Shown: positions 24,283 to 40,058 of the stretch, piece after piece
How the letters are laid out: the number at the start of each line of letters is the position of its first letter
Position numbering within the stretch: position 1 is the stretch's first letter
Source: Neoconidiobolus thromboides FSU 785
Taxonomy: Eukaryota; Fungi; Entomophthoromycota
Length of the DNA: 64,000 bases
NCBI GenBank assembly: GCA_025603075.1
Contig: MU626308.1
Location: 54,202 to 118,201, forward strand
Reading direction: 5' to 3'
The notes under the pieces: generated by a model
Seen by the model: the letters and a program-made list of their open reading frames with translations, nothing else
Told to the model about the DNA's origin: nothing
The model's database searches: none
Program-made: the position numbers and the translations under genes

Positions 24283-26334
24283 ATGGGTGAAGGTATACAA
24301 ACAAAAATCAATTTTCCTAGAATAAAACGAGAAAATAAAGAAGAAAGAAAAGATGAAAAGAAACAAAGAGAAGGAGACGATGAAGGAGAAGAAAATGAAT
24401 CAAAAATGAAATATAAACTAATAAAGCAAATCAAAAACAACAAGAACCAGTTATTTTTACCCATTTCTTCAGATTGTTGGAATAATAAATTTGTTAAGTT
24501 GCCTTGTTCTTTTCATAATAGGGATTCTAAAGGTAAATCAAATATATATGATAATTCAAAAAAAGTTAATCTTTTTAAGGAAACCAAAAATGGCCACGTA
24601 TTAATGTCGCATTAACTAAAATAAGTATGAAAGGAGACAAAATTATAATTAATGATATAATAGTAAATTGATTTATATAGCGTTCCTTAAAACTAATAGA
24701 TAAATAATAGGAAGCATTTACAATATTAGATAATAAAGAAAGCGACCCATACCCACTTTTGAACTCTAAGTTATATAAAAATAGTCGAAAGATTGAGCAT
24801 ATTAAAGGTTTATTGAATTATCTCGAAGAAAATGAAAATGATTTAATAATTATACCATTGATCGCAAAGTTTGCTTTATTAATCAATGAGCTTTTTCCAC
24901 TGCCTATTCCTCTGCTATTAACTCAAATGGATACATCAATGACTTTATCAAGTTTACAGGTAAGTTTCTTCTATTTCGTTAATTATTTATATGAGTTTTT
25001 CATTAACAGGTGGTATCTTTATTATCATGCGCCTTTTTTTGTTTATTTCCACATAGAAATATAGTTTATACTAATTCGGAGTATAACTTTTTTCCAAAGA
25101 TTAATTTTACATGGCTATTGTCTATTCATTCTGATGGTTTATCTAGTAATGAACTTCGAAAAGTAAAGTTTCGATTTTTATTTAATTATTTTAGACGAAG
25201 CGGAGAAGGTAGCTTTAATATTTAATAATAATGTTAGTATTAAGATAGTTTAAATAGAATTGGATCTAGAATCAAAATATATTACATTTCATCGTAAAGT
25301 ATTATTGAAAGAAATGAAAATAACTCAAAAATTTATTGAAAGTGAAAAAAATAAAGTGAAAAGCGACTTTTTTGATCTAAAACTACCAAAAATTGAGTTA
25401 GTTCATGATGAATTAATCGAAGATAATAATCAAAATTTAGCTAAAGTTAATTTTGCTAATTGCTATATTGGTGGCGGTGTATTAAGAAAGGTACTTTAAT
25501 ATTGCATTATAATGTTTTATCAATATTCAATTTTATTATTATTTTATTATAGGGATCTGTACAAGAAGAAATATTATTTCTAATGTATCCAGAATTGATA
25601 GTGGGATGTCTATTTACTGAGAGGCTAAAAGATAATGAGGCGTTAAGCGTTAAAGGAGTAGAAAGATATAATAGCTATAAAGGATATAGTTATGAGCTAG
25701 AGTATGATGGCAATTATAAAGACTTAAGCAAAAGGTATAAAGATAATATTTACTATAAAATTATTAATAACTATTTGTTAAGTGATGAATATAATCGTCT
25801 TGAAAGTGAAATAATATGTATGGATGCTTATCATTTTTCAGAAAAGGACTATTTTAAGCAATTCGAAGCAAACTTTATATTAAGAGAACTAAATAAGGCC
25901 ATTATTTCATTTCATCCATCTTTGTATTGTAATCTCAATAATAGCGATGGGATTATAAGTGGTAAATTTCATTATAGTGTGTTATTACTATATTAATGTT
26001 TAATATAGGGAAATGGGGATGTGGTGCTTTTGGAGGTGATAGTGTTTTAAAATTTATAATTCAGATAATAGCCTGTAGTATTGTACAAAGAGAAAGTATA
26101 AAACTGACCACATTTCATGATCAAACAATTATTTATAAGTTCCAGCCACTTTTAGATTATTTTAAAAGTAACGAAGATGATATTAATATTATATTGTTAA
26201 TAGAAAAATTAATTTCATTTAATGAGTTTTTGATAGCGAATGAGCTAAATAAACTGTCTCCTCCTTCAAATGATCCTTTCTTTATTGGGGAGATACTTAT
26301 TCAATTTATCATTGGTAATGAGCTTATCTTTTAA
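24283..26334 (+). CDS. PARG: Poly(ADP-ribose) glycohydrolase, multi-exon
   Basis: VNFANCYIGGGVLRK|GSVQEEILFLMYPELIV (GGG-x-QEE catalytic motif); GKWGCGAFGGD; YNSYKGY. Confidence 0.92.
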
Positions 26335-26922
26335 TTTTTTATAGTAATAAATCACCTATTTATTATTATAATTTGCAATCTTTTTATTTTAAAATAGTTG
26401 TATTCTATTTGATAGGAGGCTACCCATTTTTACAATTATAACAAGATCAATAATACCATTGCGATTAATATTTATATACTCTAACTACATCAGGTTTCTA
26501 TACCTAGTTTAATTATTAGTGTTTAAATTAAATACCCATCTTTATTTCACAAATGCAATGTGTTTAAATATCAGTAATATTTTGTAGGGTATTTAATAAA
26601 TGAATATTTTGGTTTCATCACTTCTAATTTAAATGCTATTTAAGCGGAAAGATTATCAGTAAAATTCTTTAAAAATACATTCCTAAATTTGGCTTTAATT
26701 ATTTAATTCAATTTTAGTTAAATTAATAAAACTAGAAACTAAGCTATTGCATCTAAAATATAGAAATTATTAAAATAACGTCTTTTAACTATGTTGAATG
26801 ATTGAAACAAAGTGATTTAAAAGCTTTGAATAATAATGTTGATGTAAAACAAAAGGGGGTTAAATATCCCTATTGCTAAATAAAAATGATAAAAAAAGTT
26901 ATCTTTATATTTTTATTTTAAA

Positions 26923-27416
26923 ATGAATAGTTCATTAATTTTAACTTTAGTAGATGATAATTATATCTATTGCTGTAATCAATGTCAAACGGGAATAGGT
27001 AAACATCAAGAGTTGATTTCTAAAGTAAATATTTGAGTAGAACTAATATTGTATAATACTCAACTCTTACTTAAATAGAATTTCCAAGGTAGAACCGGGA
27101 AAGGATTTCTATTTAATAATGTGTAAATAGATTTAGCGTAAATGGATTTAGCACTAATTATAAATAGGTATAACACTAACTTAGGGCCGAAGCAAGAAAG
27201 GGTATTATTGACTGGATTACATATATTATCTGATATAAGGTGTAAAAACTGTAATAATAATTTGGGATGGAAATATGTAATACAGTGTTTTAACTAAATT
27301 GTTTTTACTAAAGTAATTAGGAATATGCCTACGAAAAAGCACAAAAATATAAAGAGGGGAAATATATATTAGAATTAAATCATATAGCAATTAATAGTAC
27401 TAACAACAATTTTTGA
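26923..27416 (+). CDS. Yippee/YPEL (Moh1-like) zinc-binding protein, 4 small exons
   Basis: YCCNQCQT...LISK|[15 protein letters not shown]...[24 protein letters not shown]|[18 protein letters not shown]; absent from the ORF track. Confidence 0.9.
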
Positions 27417-27443
27417 AAAGAAAAAATATTTATTAAAAATATT

Positions 27444-28123
27444 TTAATAAGGCCTGTTAGATTTCTTCTTATCATTCGTTTGAAGCGCTCTTTCTTTCCA
27501 TGTACTCTTTCTAAGTTTAATGGGTCTTGTTCCTACATATTTACCTAAGTCATTTTAAAACAAGGTTTAAATCATAAAAAATAAAAATAAAAATAAAAAT
27601 TACCATTCATTTCTTTTGAGGCTTTAATGAAATCATCCGAATCCTTAAAACTAACAAAGCCATATCCTTTTGTTTTGTCATTTCTCTTATCTTTAATAAC
27701 TTTAGCTTTTACAAATGAAGGATATCTTTCAAACGCTTTTTTTAACATTTCATCATTAACTTCATTGCCTAAATCTCCTACAAATAATCGAAAATCACCT
27801 AAATTATTAATACCAATTGCTATTAAATTTAATAAAAGCTTACTTGGATCCCATTCCAATAAAGTTCTATCTTCCCAAACCTTACCGGCAGCCGTGCGCA
27901 AAGTTTTCTTTTTTCTTTGTTTACTTTCTTTTTTATTTTCTGGTGGTTGGTAGGAACCTTGGTCATACCCTAAAGGTATAGCCGTTACAGTTGGTTCAAC
28001 ATAAGCGGAAGTATTTTCTCCTCCTTGGCTATAGTAATATTGATAATATGGATCTACGGTTGTATCTGCATCGTAATAATAGGTTTCTGGTTGTTGAGGA
28101 TTATTTGGATTATAATAACTCAT
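27444..28123 (-). CDS. RBM42: RNA-binding protein 42 homolog (RRM)
   Basis: LRTAAGKVWEDRTLLEWDP, DFRLFVGDLGNEVNDE, KTKGYGFVSF, KYVGTRPIKLRKSTWK. Confidence 0.88.
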
Positions 28124-28282
28124 TTAGAATAAATAAATAAACTTAGAACTAAAATTGTGATAGAGAAGCCTCTTACAATCTTGTACTTATGTTTTGACCA
28201 ATTAAATTATTATTTTTCAACTTAGAATTAAGTTATTCATCAAAAACTCAAAAAATTGAAATTCATATATTTTTTATTTATA

Positions 28283-29170
28283 TTAAGCTCTACAGTTAGC
28301 AATCATAGTAACCATAATATCGGATGCCCCTACTTCTTTTAACATATCCATAACTTCAGCCACATTTTGTTTCAAAACCATCGAAGAAACAGCAACCCAT
28401 TCTAAATCTTCAAGCGGGGAAACGGAAGGTGCTAACCTTCCAGGGGTAATCTTTTTAGCCTTTTCAAGGTTAGTTCTTAATATATTGTAAGTACATACCA
28501 CATATTTTTTGGCCAAGAGGGAGCCTTCAATTCTATCTTTAAGTTTTCTAATCAATGGCTGGAATGGAGACTTTGGGTTTGAAAGCAATACTGCTTCACT
28601 TTCCATTATAGTTCCAATAGCATGAAGCCCAGCTGCTTTCATGGTTTCTCCAGATTCTACTAAATCTACTATACCCTCGGCTAATCCTAGCGTACAAGCT
28701 ACTTCAACACTACCGCTAACAAACTCAACTTTTGTATCAACTTGGCTATTTAAGGAATTGAAATAGGCTTTGGACAAATTTGGAAAACTGGTTACAATCC
28801 TTTTGCCAGCTACATGAGCTGGCTCTATAATCTCCTTCTCTTTGATTGGTACTTGTAATTGCAACTTACACCTACCAAAGCCTAGTTTCAATTCTACATT
28901 GATTTTTTCCTCAACTTCAGATTCAGCTATAATATCTTGTCCAGTTATACCCAAAGATACATTTCCTTTGGCTACGTATTTAGCAATGTCAGCAGCAGGC
29001 AAAAATAAGATAGCAACTGGCAAATTTTTAGCTAAAGCAATGTCATGACGTGGCTTTCGATGGAATTGAATATCAATATTATCTAATAAAGTTAAACATT
29101 TTTCATGTAATCTTCCTTTCTTTGGGATCGCTATTAATAATCGGTCTTTAAGTTCGTTTAGTATCTCCAT
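28283..29170 (-). CDS. HIS1: ATP phosphoribosyltransferase (long form), intronless
   Basis: IAIPKKGRL, LGITGQDII, GSVEVACTLGLAEGIVDLVESGETM, C-terminal regulatory domain. Confidence 0.97.
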   Translation of the reverse strand: MEILNELKDRLLIAIPKKGRLHEKCLTLLDNIDIQFHRKPRHDIALAKNLPVAILFLPAADIAKYVAKGNVSLGITGQDIIAESEVEEKINVELKLGFGRCKLQLQVPIKEKEIIEPAHVAGKRIVTSFPNLSKAYFNSLNSQVDTKVEFVSGSVEVACTLGLAEGIVDLVESGETMKAAGLHAIGTIMESEAVLLSNPKSPFQPLIRKLKDRIEGSLLAKKYVVCTYNILRTNLEKAKKITPGRLAPSVSPLEDLEWVAVSSMVLKQNVAEVMDMLKEVGASDIMVTMIANCRA

Positions 29171-29495
29171 TTCCTTAAAATTTAAAAATGAATTGTTTTA
29201 TTTTATTGTTTTTGTTTATATACTATTTTTTCATCTTATCTATCATTGTGACTCATTTGATTTCCTACACCCTCAAATTTACGATGCGTAAACAACAATA
29301 ATTATAGTTATTCTTAAATAAGTAATTTTAAATAATGTGAATAAACTTGAAAAATTAATAAAAATCTAAAAATAATTGACAATACTTTTATTTCAAAAAT
29401 TGGAAAACGATTTAATTTATAGCAAAAATTCAATACATATTATATATTATATATTATATATACAATATTAAAATTATTTTATCTATTTTATAATC

Positions 29496-32254
<2,759 letters not shown>

Positions 32255-33009
32255 TTTAACAAAAATTCAAAAAAATAAAGAATAGGAGGTTACTTCAAAC
32301 TCTTATGAATTAGTACTATGTTGATGATGTTCTCGTAAAATGATCAATAATACAAAAACAATTAAAATTTATTTATATATTATTTAACTTTGTTTTTAAT
32401 TTGTTATTCTTTATCTCTTTCTATGAGAAACTGGCTTGTTTTTAATGTTTTGTTGAGTTATAAATTAATTTCTGCACTTGGCCAATCACTTTGATTTTAC
32501 TGCTATTTTCAAGTTCTTTTACAATAAAGGAGGTTATAAAACTACTTGGCTTATTAATGAAATATATTAAAATGAAAGCAATGTCCGTTGATTTTATATC
32601 AAAGTCACATAGCTTTGTTGTTTATAACATATATATAACTTCACTTAGACAGCTAAAATTTTACTCATAAATGATATACGCAATTAATATCCTTTAATTT
32701 ATTATTTAATCTATTTTGATTATATTGGATTAAACTATTAATTAGGTCCTCAAAAAACCCTTTCACAATACTTTTACAAAACCCCCTAGCATCTATACTT
32801 CTGGGCCAAAAAATGTTATTAAGCTTTACTTATAAAAAATCAATTTTGAATTAATATCCTGATCCAATAACATTAATAAAAAACCATTTTATATTAAAGA
32901 CTATATTCAATAAAATTTAGTAATTAAAATAGTTTATTAAAGCAGCGTATAATGCAAACATTATAATTAAAATTTGATGGCAGAATGAATTAAGAGGCAT
33001 TAGAAGAAA

Positions 33010-33414
33010 CTAATTAAAATACGAACCAAGAACTAAGAACAATACTAAAGGCAACCCAAAGCTTGGCTTTAATAAACTCGAGCCACTTGAACCAGGTTTA
33101 GTAGATTGAGTTTTTTGGCTGTTTACTGAACTGCTTGTAGAAGTATTATCAGTTTTTCCTGATTTAGTTGTCTCATAATGAGTTGTAACTTGAGTCTCAA
33201 CAGGTGAACTTGGTGTTTTAGAAGTAACTGATTTAGTAATAACTTGAGTTACTACAGTAGCATCACTAACTGTTTTGGTGCTAATGCTTACAGGTGATCC
33301 TAATGGTTGATCTATTGATGCGTCAATTTGTACAACCCCAATTGCACCTTCATCTTCACCTTGTTGTACTGAGAATTGGAACAATAAAGCTAAAATTAAA
33401 AGATAGAATTTCAT
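33010..33414 (-). CDS. Small secreted Ser/Thr-rich, probably GPI-anchored protein
   Basis: Signal peptide, T/S-rich core, GSSGSS then hydrophobic C-terminus. Confidence 0.72.
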   Translation of the reverse strand: MKFYLLILALLFQFSVQQGEDEGAIGVVQIDASIDQPLGSPVSISTKTVSDATVVTQVITKSVTSKTPSSPVETQVTTHYETTKSGKTDNTSTSSSVNSQKTQSTKPGSSGSSLLKPSFGLPLVLFLVLGSYFN

Positions 33415-33720
33415 TTTTAAAAATAGGCTAAATAATTAAATCTGGGCTTTATATACTTTTTGTTAAACAATGAATCAGCTTTAAGTCACGCATGCGTTTT
33501 TATTACAACTCTCAAAATTTGTTAGCGAATTGCACCAATAATTGTTATTTTTAATGCATATTTTATGTCATAAAATAAGTTGTAGTCTACTTTGATAGAG
33601 ATAAAATTATTGCAAAGTAAGCACGCCTTCTGCTTTATTGCAAATATTAGTTTAAATCTTAAATTTTGGACTTCACAACTAAAATTTGGCATAGGAACTT
33701 TATTTATTCAAATATAAGAA

Positions 33721-35018
33721 ATGGAAAACTCAAATGAGAACACACCAGCAGTTGGAAGTTTGATAAAAATTAAAAAACAAGAGATACAATCACACTCGAA
33801 TGAAGTAACTGTCCTAGAAGAAGAAACATATACATCTGCAATTGATCATATAATTGAAAGAGATTTTTTCCCAGATTTAAAATATTTAAAAGAAAGAAAC
33901 GATGAAATAATTGATTTTAGCACTACGCCAAGGTTAGAAAACTCAGAAATTCAGCGGAGAAACGAGCTTTTAAACTCTCAAGCTGCACCAGGCTTAGAAC
34001 TTGGGTTGGATCAATTCTTTACAAAGTTTACATCAGAAGATAATGCTTCCTTTTCAGAAATAGTTAAAAAGGATTTGGAATTAAAAAGGAAAAAATACCA
34101 CTGGCTGTATAAAGATGAAGAAGATTTGATTTCTAGCACCCTAGAAAAGAAATTGATCACAAACAGTAGTGAGCAAAATGAACAGAGTTTAATCCATATT
34201 CCAACTGAACAAAAACAGGTTGTAGTACCTAGAAATGAATTAGAAGATTTTAGAGAGGATAATGAACTAAATAAAAGAGAATATCAAAAAATAAAAACGT
34301 GGAGGTTTAAAGCAAAGAATAACCTAATGTTTGTACCAGATGGACAACCATACAAAGCTCCAGATACAGAATTATATCTTAGGTCTCAATCAAAGGAAAT
34401 TGTACATAGTAACACAAGGCTGCCTAAAGGAATGAATGTAAGTTATTATTTTACTTCAAATAGAGTTTTAACCTTTATAAAGCTTGGTACAACGCCCTCA
34501 ACCCCAAGTACAAATTTATCACAAATAGGAGGCTTTAATGCTTCAAATAAGAATTACGATTTAGTTGAAGCGACGCCAGCTCCAAACCCTGATATTCTTG
34601 GAGATAATAACCCAATGACATGGGGGTTTATTGAATCTACTCCAATGGCAATAAATAATACACCAGCTAGGACTCCAAAAAGAGAGTTTGCATTACAAGA
34701 GCCAGATAGAAGAGAAGCGTTAAGCATAAAACTTACTCAAAGTGCAAGAAAGGCTTTACACCAACGTAAAATAGAATCAAGCCCATATGCTAGACAAGAA
34801 AATAAGCATGGTTTATCCCCAGCTGCAAATAAGTTGTTAAAAAATACAACAAAAAGCACTAGTATTTTTCCATCAAAGTTAAGAAATTCTTTTACATTAC
34901 AAGGTAAACTGAATTATAATCATTTTGAAAAAATAATAATCAATGAGTAGGTAATAAATTAAATCCTAATACTCCTAATTTCAAGAGCTTTATTGCTAAA
35001 AAAAAGGACAATGAATAA
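33721..35018 (+). CDS. ESS2: Spliceosomal protein ESS2/DGCR14 (Es2)
   Basis: VLEEETYTSAIDHIIERDFFPDL, LGLDQFFTKFTSEDNASF, NNLMFVPD, MTWGFIESTP; introns near 34441-34494 and 34902-34950. Confidence 0.88.
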
Positions 35019-35817
35019 ATCGAATGAGCTGTATGAATCTATACAATATCCTTGATAAAATTGGTTCTTATTTTAATTCAGACAAGTAAGTGCAAACTCG
35101 ATAGCTGTTTATCAAGTTCAAAGTGATAATGAACTTATGACATGATACCATATTTGGAAAGTAGTTATGTAGTTAGTACATTAAACTTTAAAATTGTAGA
35201 TGAATGAGCTAGTTTATTTTAGAGATTAGTTTTATTACAACATTGATTTGTAACATTCACAAATTAATAAATAAGTCGTACACTATCGTGAATATTGTTT
35301 GAATGATATATATTTGGCTCATTTTATATAATTTGATCAATATTAAAACGTTAGTCATTATTATTAGATATTCCTAGAAATAACTTTCTTTTGGCTAAAT
35401 AGTGTCAAGCAAATCATTAGCTATGGCAAAAAATCAATTTTTAGTAAACATCTTAGCTAATATCTTAAATCATTTTGTTCAATAATAACAAAAAAATAAA
35501 ACACTTTTAGTTTGAGTTAAAATTTTAATTTCTTGTTATTATTGATAAGATACTGCTTAGTAGTTAGTTACCTTTAAAAAAAGGTTTAAAAAATAGAAAC
35601 AAAGATTAAGTGAAATATTTGCTTTTTCTGCTTGGAATTTATTTTAGCTATAAACTAGAAATTTCAAATGAATTTAATTACTTTAATTCTGCAGTCTTTT
35701 AGTTAAGATTTGCCCAAAAAAAGAGCTATCTTAGGAATGCTTGATAGTAACAGTTCTTAGGTCCCGAAATTATGTTTAACTATATTTTGTTAACATTTGA
35801 ATAACTTTCAGAAAATA

Positions 35818-35920
35818 TATGGGGATGTATTTTTTGGTTTTATTACCTTTGTATTTTTAAGCGCTATCTGAGCGGAAAGATTGTTAATAAAATTCTTAAA
35901 CAAAAAAATACATCCACATA
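35818..35920 (-). mobile_element. MITE-like element, copy C
   Basis: TA-TGGGGATGTATTTTTT...AAAAATACATCCACA-TA; interior is the reverse complement of copy B. Confidence 0.85.
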
Positions 35921-37148
35921 TTTTAAGACTTAAATTTACTACATTGATTAACCTAACAATTTTGTTTAATATTAACTAAATTATAAAGAATAAAAAATAA
36001 ACTACTGGACTATAAACTATTTTAGAAGCATACGTACCGTTTATGTTGGAAATGTTCTTTGTTTTTTAAGTAACAAAATTTAGAAACTTCATTTAAATGT
36101 GCTAATCTGACTTTAAAAACAAAAAGTTGTCCTTGTGCTTTTTAAAATTAAATTTAGATCATTATCTTAATTGAAATGAAAACAATTTTGATTTTATTTT
36201 TATATTTATTTTACCGTCTAAATTATTATTAAGAATTGTTATTAAGAAAACCATACAACTTGATTTTATTGCTACACAACAAGCTATATAATAGTGTTAT
36301 ATATTGTGTATTTATTAGTCCTTGCAATAAAACATTAGGGTATCTTTATTTGGTTAAGAAGTGTTGTTAAAGCTTTTCCAAATTTTAAGTTGCAAAATTG
36401 AACAGAGTTTTGATGAGAAATCCCACTCTGATTAAAACTTAAAATTTGTCAATTGACTTGTGTATTTTCCGTCCCATTTAAATTAGACATTTATCAAAGG
36501 AAAACATATTAATAGATGCTATTATTAGAACAACTTATAATGTTTTTTACTTAAACATTTAAATAATTCACATCACCATTATTGTAGATATATTAATATA
36601 ACTCTTTCATTTTAAAAGTTATTTCAAAGAATAAATTTATCATTTCTGGAATTTACATAACTACAAGTATACTATTCTTAATTATGTAAATATAGATAAA
36701 ATCAAATTATACACTATAACGTTAACAATATGTTTTTTTTTCCTCTATCCCAGATAATGTTTTCCCATTAACAGCCAAGTATTTTTAAAAAAGAAGTGAT
36801 ATCAAAAGAAATGATTCGATTTTTTGGTGCGGGTATTTTCAACAAACCGAGAAAAAATCCATGTAAGATTATAGCCTTAGTAAAATAGGCTATGCAACTC
36901 AAATAAATTTATCTAAAGAATTAGCAGCTTAAATGTGTGTCATCAAGCTTCTTGGCATGCTTAATTAATTCTTATTAAATCAAAAAGAACTGATTTGTTC
37001 TTAAATTTACTATTTCTATTATTGTTACTTAATAAAGGGTAATTATATTGGCTTGCCATATCTATATGACAAGGGTATATATAGGCTACAGTTGTAATCA
37101 TTTAAAAACAAAAAGTAATAATTTATTAAAAACATAACATTATACACT

Positions 37149-37682
37149 ATGACATTGACTCAAACCTATCTAATGGAAGGCTTAAAAAAGCTAGATAATG
37201 TCAAAAAATTACACATAAAATCTCAAGACGCTACGCTAAGCTATTCGATCTATGAAACCGAAAATAAAATAAGCAATTTTATTTATTTTGGTAACAACAA
37301 GTCCATCATGTTAACAAATTCTAGTAAAAGTCCTATCGCGACATTTAAAAGATCAATGTTTAGTTTTACGAAAAAATATCAAGTACAATGTTTGATAGGG
37401 AGAAATGGGATGAATGAAAACTCTACTTTCTCTATAAAAGGCGTTAAAGGAGGTTTAGAGATTGAACTAAGCCCTAAACATTCAGAGATAAAGTTAACAT
37501 GCTACTGGAGATTAGTCGATAATGCTTGGGTCCTCTTTTTAAATATAGATAATGCCATTACTATGGAGCTGGCAAAATGTTTTAAATCCGATGATTTACT
37601 TACAATAGAATCATACTATGATATAGATTGCATAATACACTCTATTATGCTTATTTCTATTTCTTTTTTAACTTTACCTTGA
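37149..37682 (+). CDS. Hypothetical 177-aa intronless protein (beta-rich; weak resemblance to LURP-one/tubby-C/scramblase folds)
   Basis: Clean ORF with a TATA-like TATATAGG about 70 bp upstream; PIATFKRSMFSFTKKYQV segment; family call uncertain. Confidence 0.6.
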   Translation: MTLTQTYLMEGLKKLDNVKKLHIKSQDATLSYSIYETENKISNFIYFGNNKSIMLTNSSKSPIATFKRSMFSFTKKYQVQCLIGRNGMNENSTFSIKGVKGGLEIELSPKHSEIKLTCYWRLVDNAWVLFLNIDNAITMELAKCFKSDDLLTIESYYDIDCIIHSIMLISISFLTLP

Positions 37683-37761
37683 CCTTCTCTTACATTCATA
37701 TAATATTTATTGAATTTACAAATAAACCATTGTAAATATATTAAAAGTTAACTATTGTCTT

Positions 37762-37907
37762 TATGGGGGTGTTTTTTTTGACTTCATCGCCTTTTCCATC
37801 TTTTAAATAGCGATGTTTTTTTTGATTTCATTACTTTTCCATTTTTTAAACGCTATTTGAGTGGAAAAATTGTTAGTAAAGTTCTTGCACAAAAATACAT
37901 CTCCATA
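37762..37907 (-). mobile_element. MITE-like element, copy D, with an extra ~41-bp end segment
   Basis: TA-TGGGGGTGTTTTTTTTGACTTC... end segment present twice, then the standard interior and AAAAATACATCTCCA-TA. Confidence 0.85.
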
Positions 37908-38443
37908 TGTTCCAAACATATTCTAAAGTTCATTAATTTTCTATCAACAAATTTGAAAAATTCAAAGTTTAATCAGTTTTATGTTTATGTTATTCCAACT
38001 ATAATAAACAACTTTAATTTATTGTAAGTATACTTAATCAACGTTATCTAGGTTAATAATGATTATATTTTATCGAATTTTCTATTTGATTTTTATAAAG
38101 TTGATTTAATATGAAATGTTCATTAGCTAAAAACTGAGAGTTGTCCATATATACAAGATAGTTTTTACCAGGAGTATTATTTATACTACACATAATGAAT
38201 TCGGCAATATTATAAACATTTTTTGAATATATTACCTAACAATCTTTTCAGAATAAAAAAATATTAAAAAATATGATAAAATAAAACTAAAACTATTTAA
38301 ATGAGAATAGTTTATAATGATCTGATCTGATCAAGCTGAGATTACATGATATCGTCCAAATGTTGTTTCACTATGCTTTTACATATAAAGTATAAATATT
38401 TTACAATAAGGGATAACATAATGGAAACAACATCTATACAAAA

Positions 38444-38535
38444 TATGGGGATGTATTTTTGTGTCTAACAATTTTTCTGCTTAAATAGTGCTTAAAAAAT
38501 GGAAAAAATAATGAAATCAAAAAAACACTCCCATA
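38444..38535 (+). mobile_element. MITE-like element, copy E (~12-bp internal deletion)
   Basis: TA-TGGGGATGTATTTTTGTGTC[gap]TAACAATTTTTCTGC...AAAAAAACACTCCCA-TA. Confidence 0.85.
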
Positions 38536-38693
38536 CAAATAATAAAATTAGCTTTCTGAATTTTATTCAAAATAGACTTCAGTTTATTATATAAATTACT
38601 TAATTTAGTAGTATGTGAATGATAGGAAGATTGAACTGTTCTTTTATATATTTTTAAGTTTCTAAAATATAAAAGCTATTACCTGGTTTTATT

Positions 38694-39899
38694 ATGTCAG
38701 ACAATAATGGTAAGTAAAATTGAACCTAACAGTATAAAAGTCTTTTTCAATTTAGAATATTAAATTAATAGAATTTAAATAGAAGTTAATCAAGAAACTA
38801 AAAAGTTTCGTACTCGTACTTTAAATGATCCGGATAGAGTTTTTGAGCATAATGCTTGGTAAGTTGTATTACGTAGTGAATAGTTTAGAGTACTAAAAGA
38901 ATTACAGGGATGATGTTGAACTTGATGAAGAAGACATAACTAGAGCTAAAGAAATCATTAAAACTCAATCAGAAAATAAAGTTGAAGAAGGATTAAAAGG
39001 TAAATTTGAATAGCCAGATAATTGTAATATTAAAAACTATCTTAATATTGTAGAAAAATACGACGAAGAAGCTGTCAATTATTGGGACCAATTTTATTCG
39101 ATGAATGAAAACAAATTTTTTAAGAATAGGAACTGGTTACAAATGGAATTCCCAGAATTATTCCCAAAAGCAGAAGATACAGTTTCAACCCATCCCATTT
39201 TAGAATTAAAAAATGTTTTTACTGTAATGGAAATAGGCTGTGGTACAGGAGCCACTGCTTACCCATTGCTTGAATCAAACCCTAGCTCTAATTTAAGAGT
39301 TTTGGCTTGTGATTTTTCTAAAGTAGCTGTTGATTTAGTTAAAGTAAAAAATTCTTAATTTTATAATCAATTAAATATTAAAAGAATTAGTCGAATAAAA
39401 AATTTGATGAAAACCGTCAAAAAGCGTTTGTATGGGATATGACGAGTTTAGAGTTACCTTCAGAGGTGACACCTGGATCGGTAGATATTATCACTTTAAT
39501 ATTTTCATTTTCTGCTATTAAGCCTGCTAAATGGGATCAAGTAATTAAAAATTTGTATGAATTATTGAAGCCAGGGGGCATTGTGTTGTTTAGAGATTAT
39601 GGCCAATATGATATGGCGCAGTTGAGATTTAAAAAAAGAAGATATTTAGAAGAAAATTTTTATGTGAGAGGAGATGGAACTCAGGTTTATTTTTTCACAC
39701 AAGGTAAGGATTCATTTAATGTTTTTATGTATAAAGTAGTTTATAAAGTTAAATAGAACAATTGGCGGATATCTTCGGGAAAAAGTTTAATGTGTTAAAA
39801 AATGAAGTGGATCGTAGATTGATTGTAAATCGACATCGTCAACTAAAAATGTATAGAGTATGGTTACAGGCTAAATTTCAAAAACCTATAGAAGAATAG
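38694..39899 (+). CDS. tRNA 3-methylcytidine methyltransferase (Trm140/METTL2/6 family), multi-exon
   Basis: RTLNDPDRVFEHNAW|DDVE, NENKFFKNRNWLQMEFPEL, MEIGCGTG SAM motif, LFRDYGQYDMAQLRFK, VDRRLIVNRHRQLKMYRVWLQAKFQK. Confidence 0.93.
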
Positions 39900-40058
39900 A
39901 TTAAGTAATATATAAACAAGTTAGCACAGTTTATTTCGAAATTTAAAATTAGATTGTTGTAAAATAGCCATTTATAATTTAAAATGCATTTATTTTGTAA
40001 ATTATATTAATACTTTTACTTATTGTTAATAATCAAGGTAGGATTCTAATAGTTTTCT

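Noticed and set aside
24500-25600. Apparent frameshifts and stops in PARG suggesting a pseudogene
   Set aside because: Resolved by short GT-AG introns (e.g. GTAAATC...TTTAAG giving GNQKWPRINVAL); catalytic motifs intact
38694-39899. Programmed +1 frameshift as in yeast ABP140/TRM140
   Set aside because: No N-terminal actin-binding extension, and the reading frame is fully explained by introns
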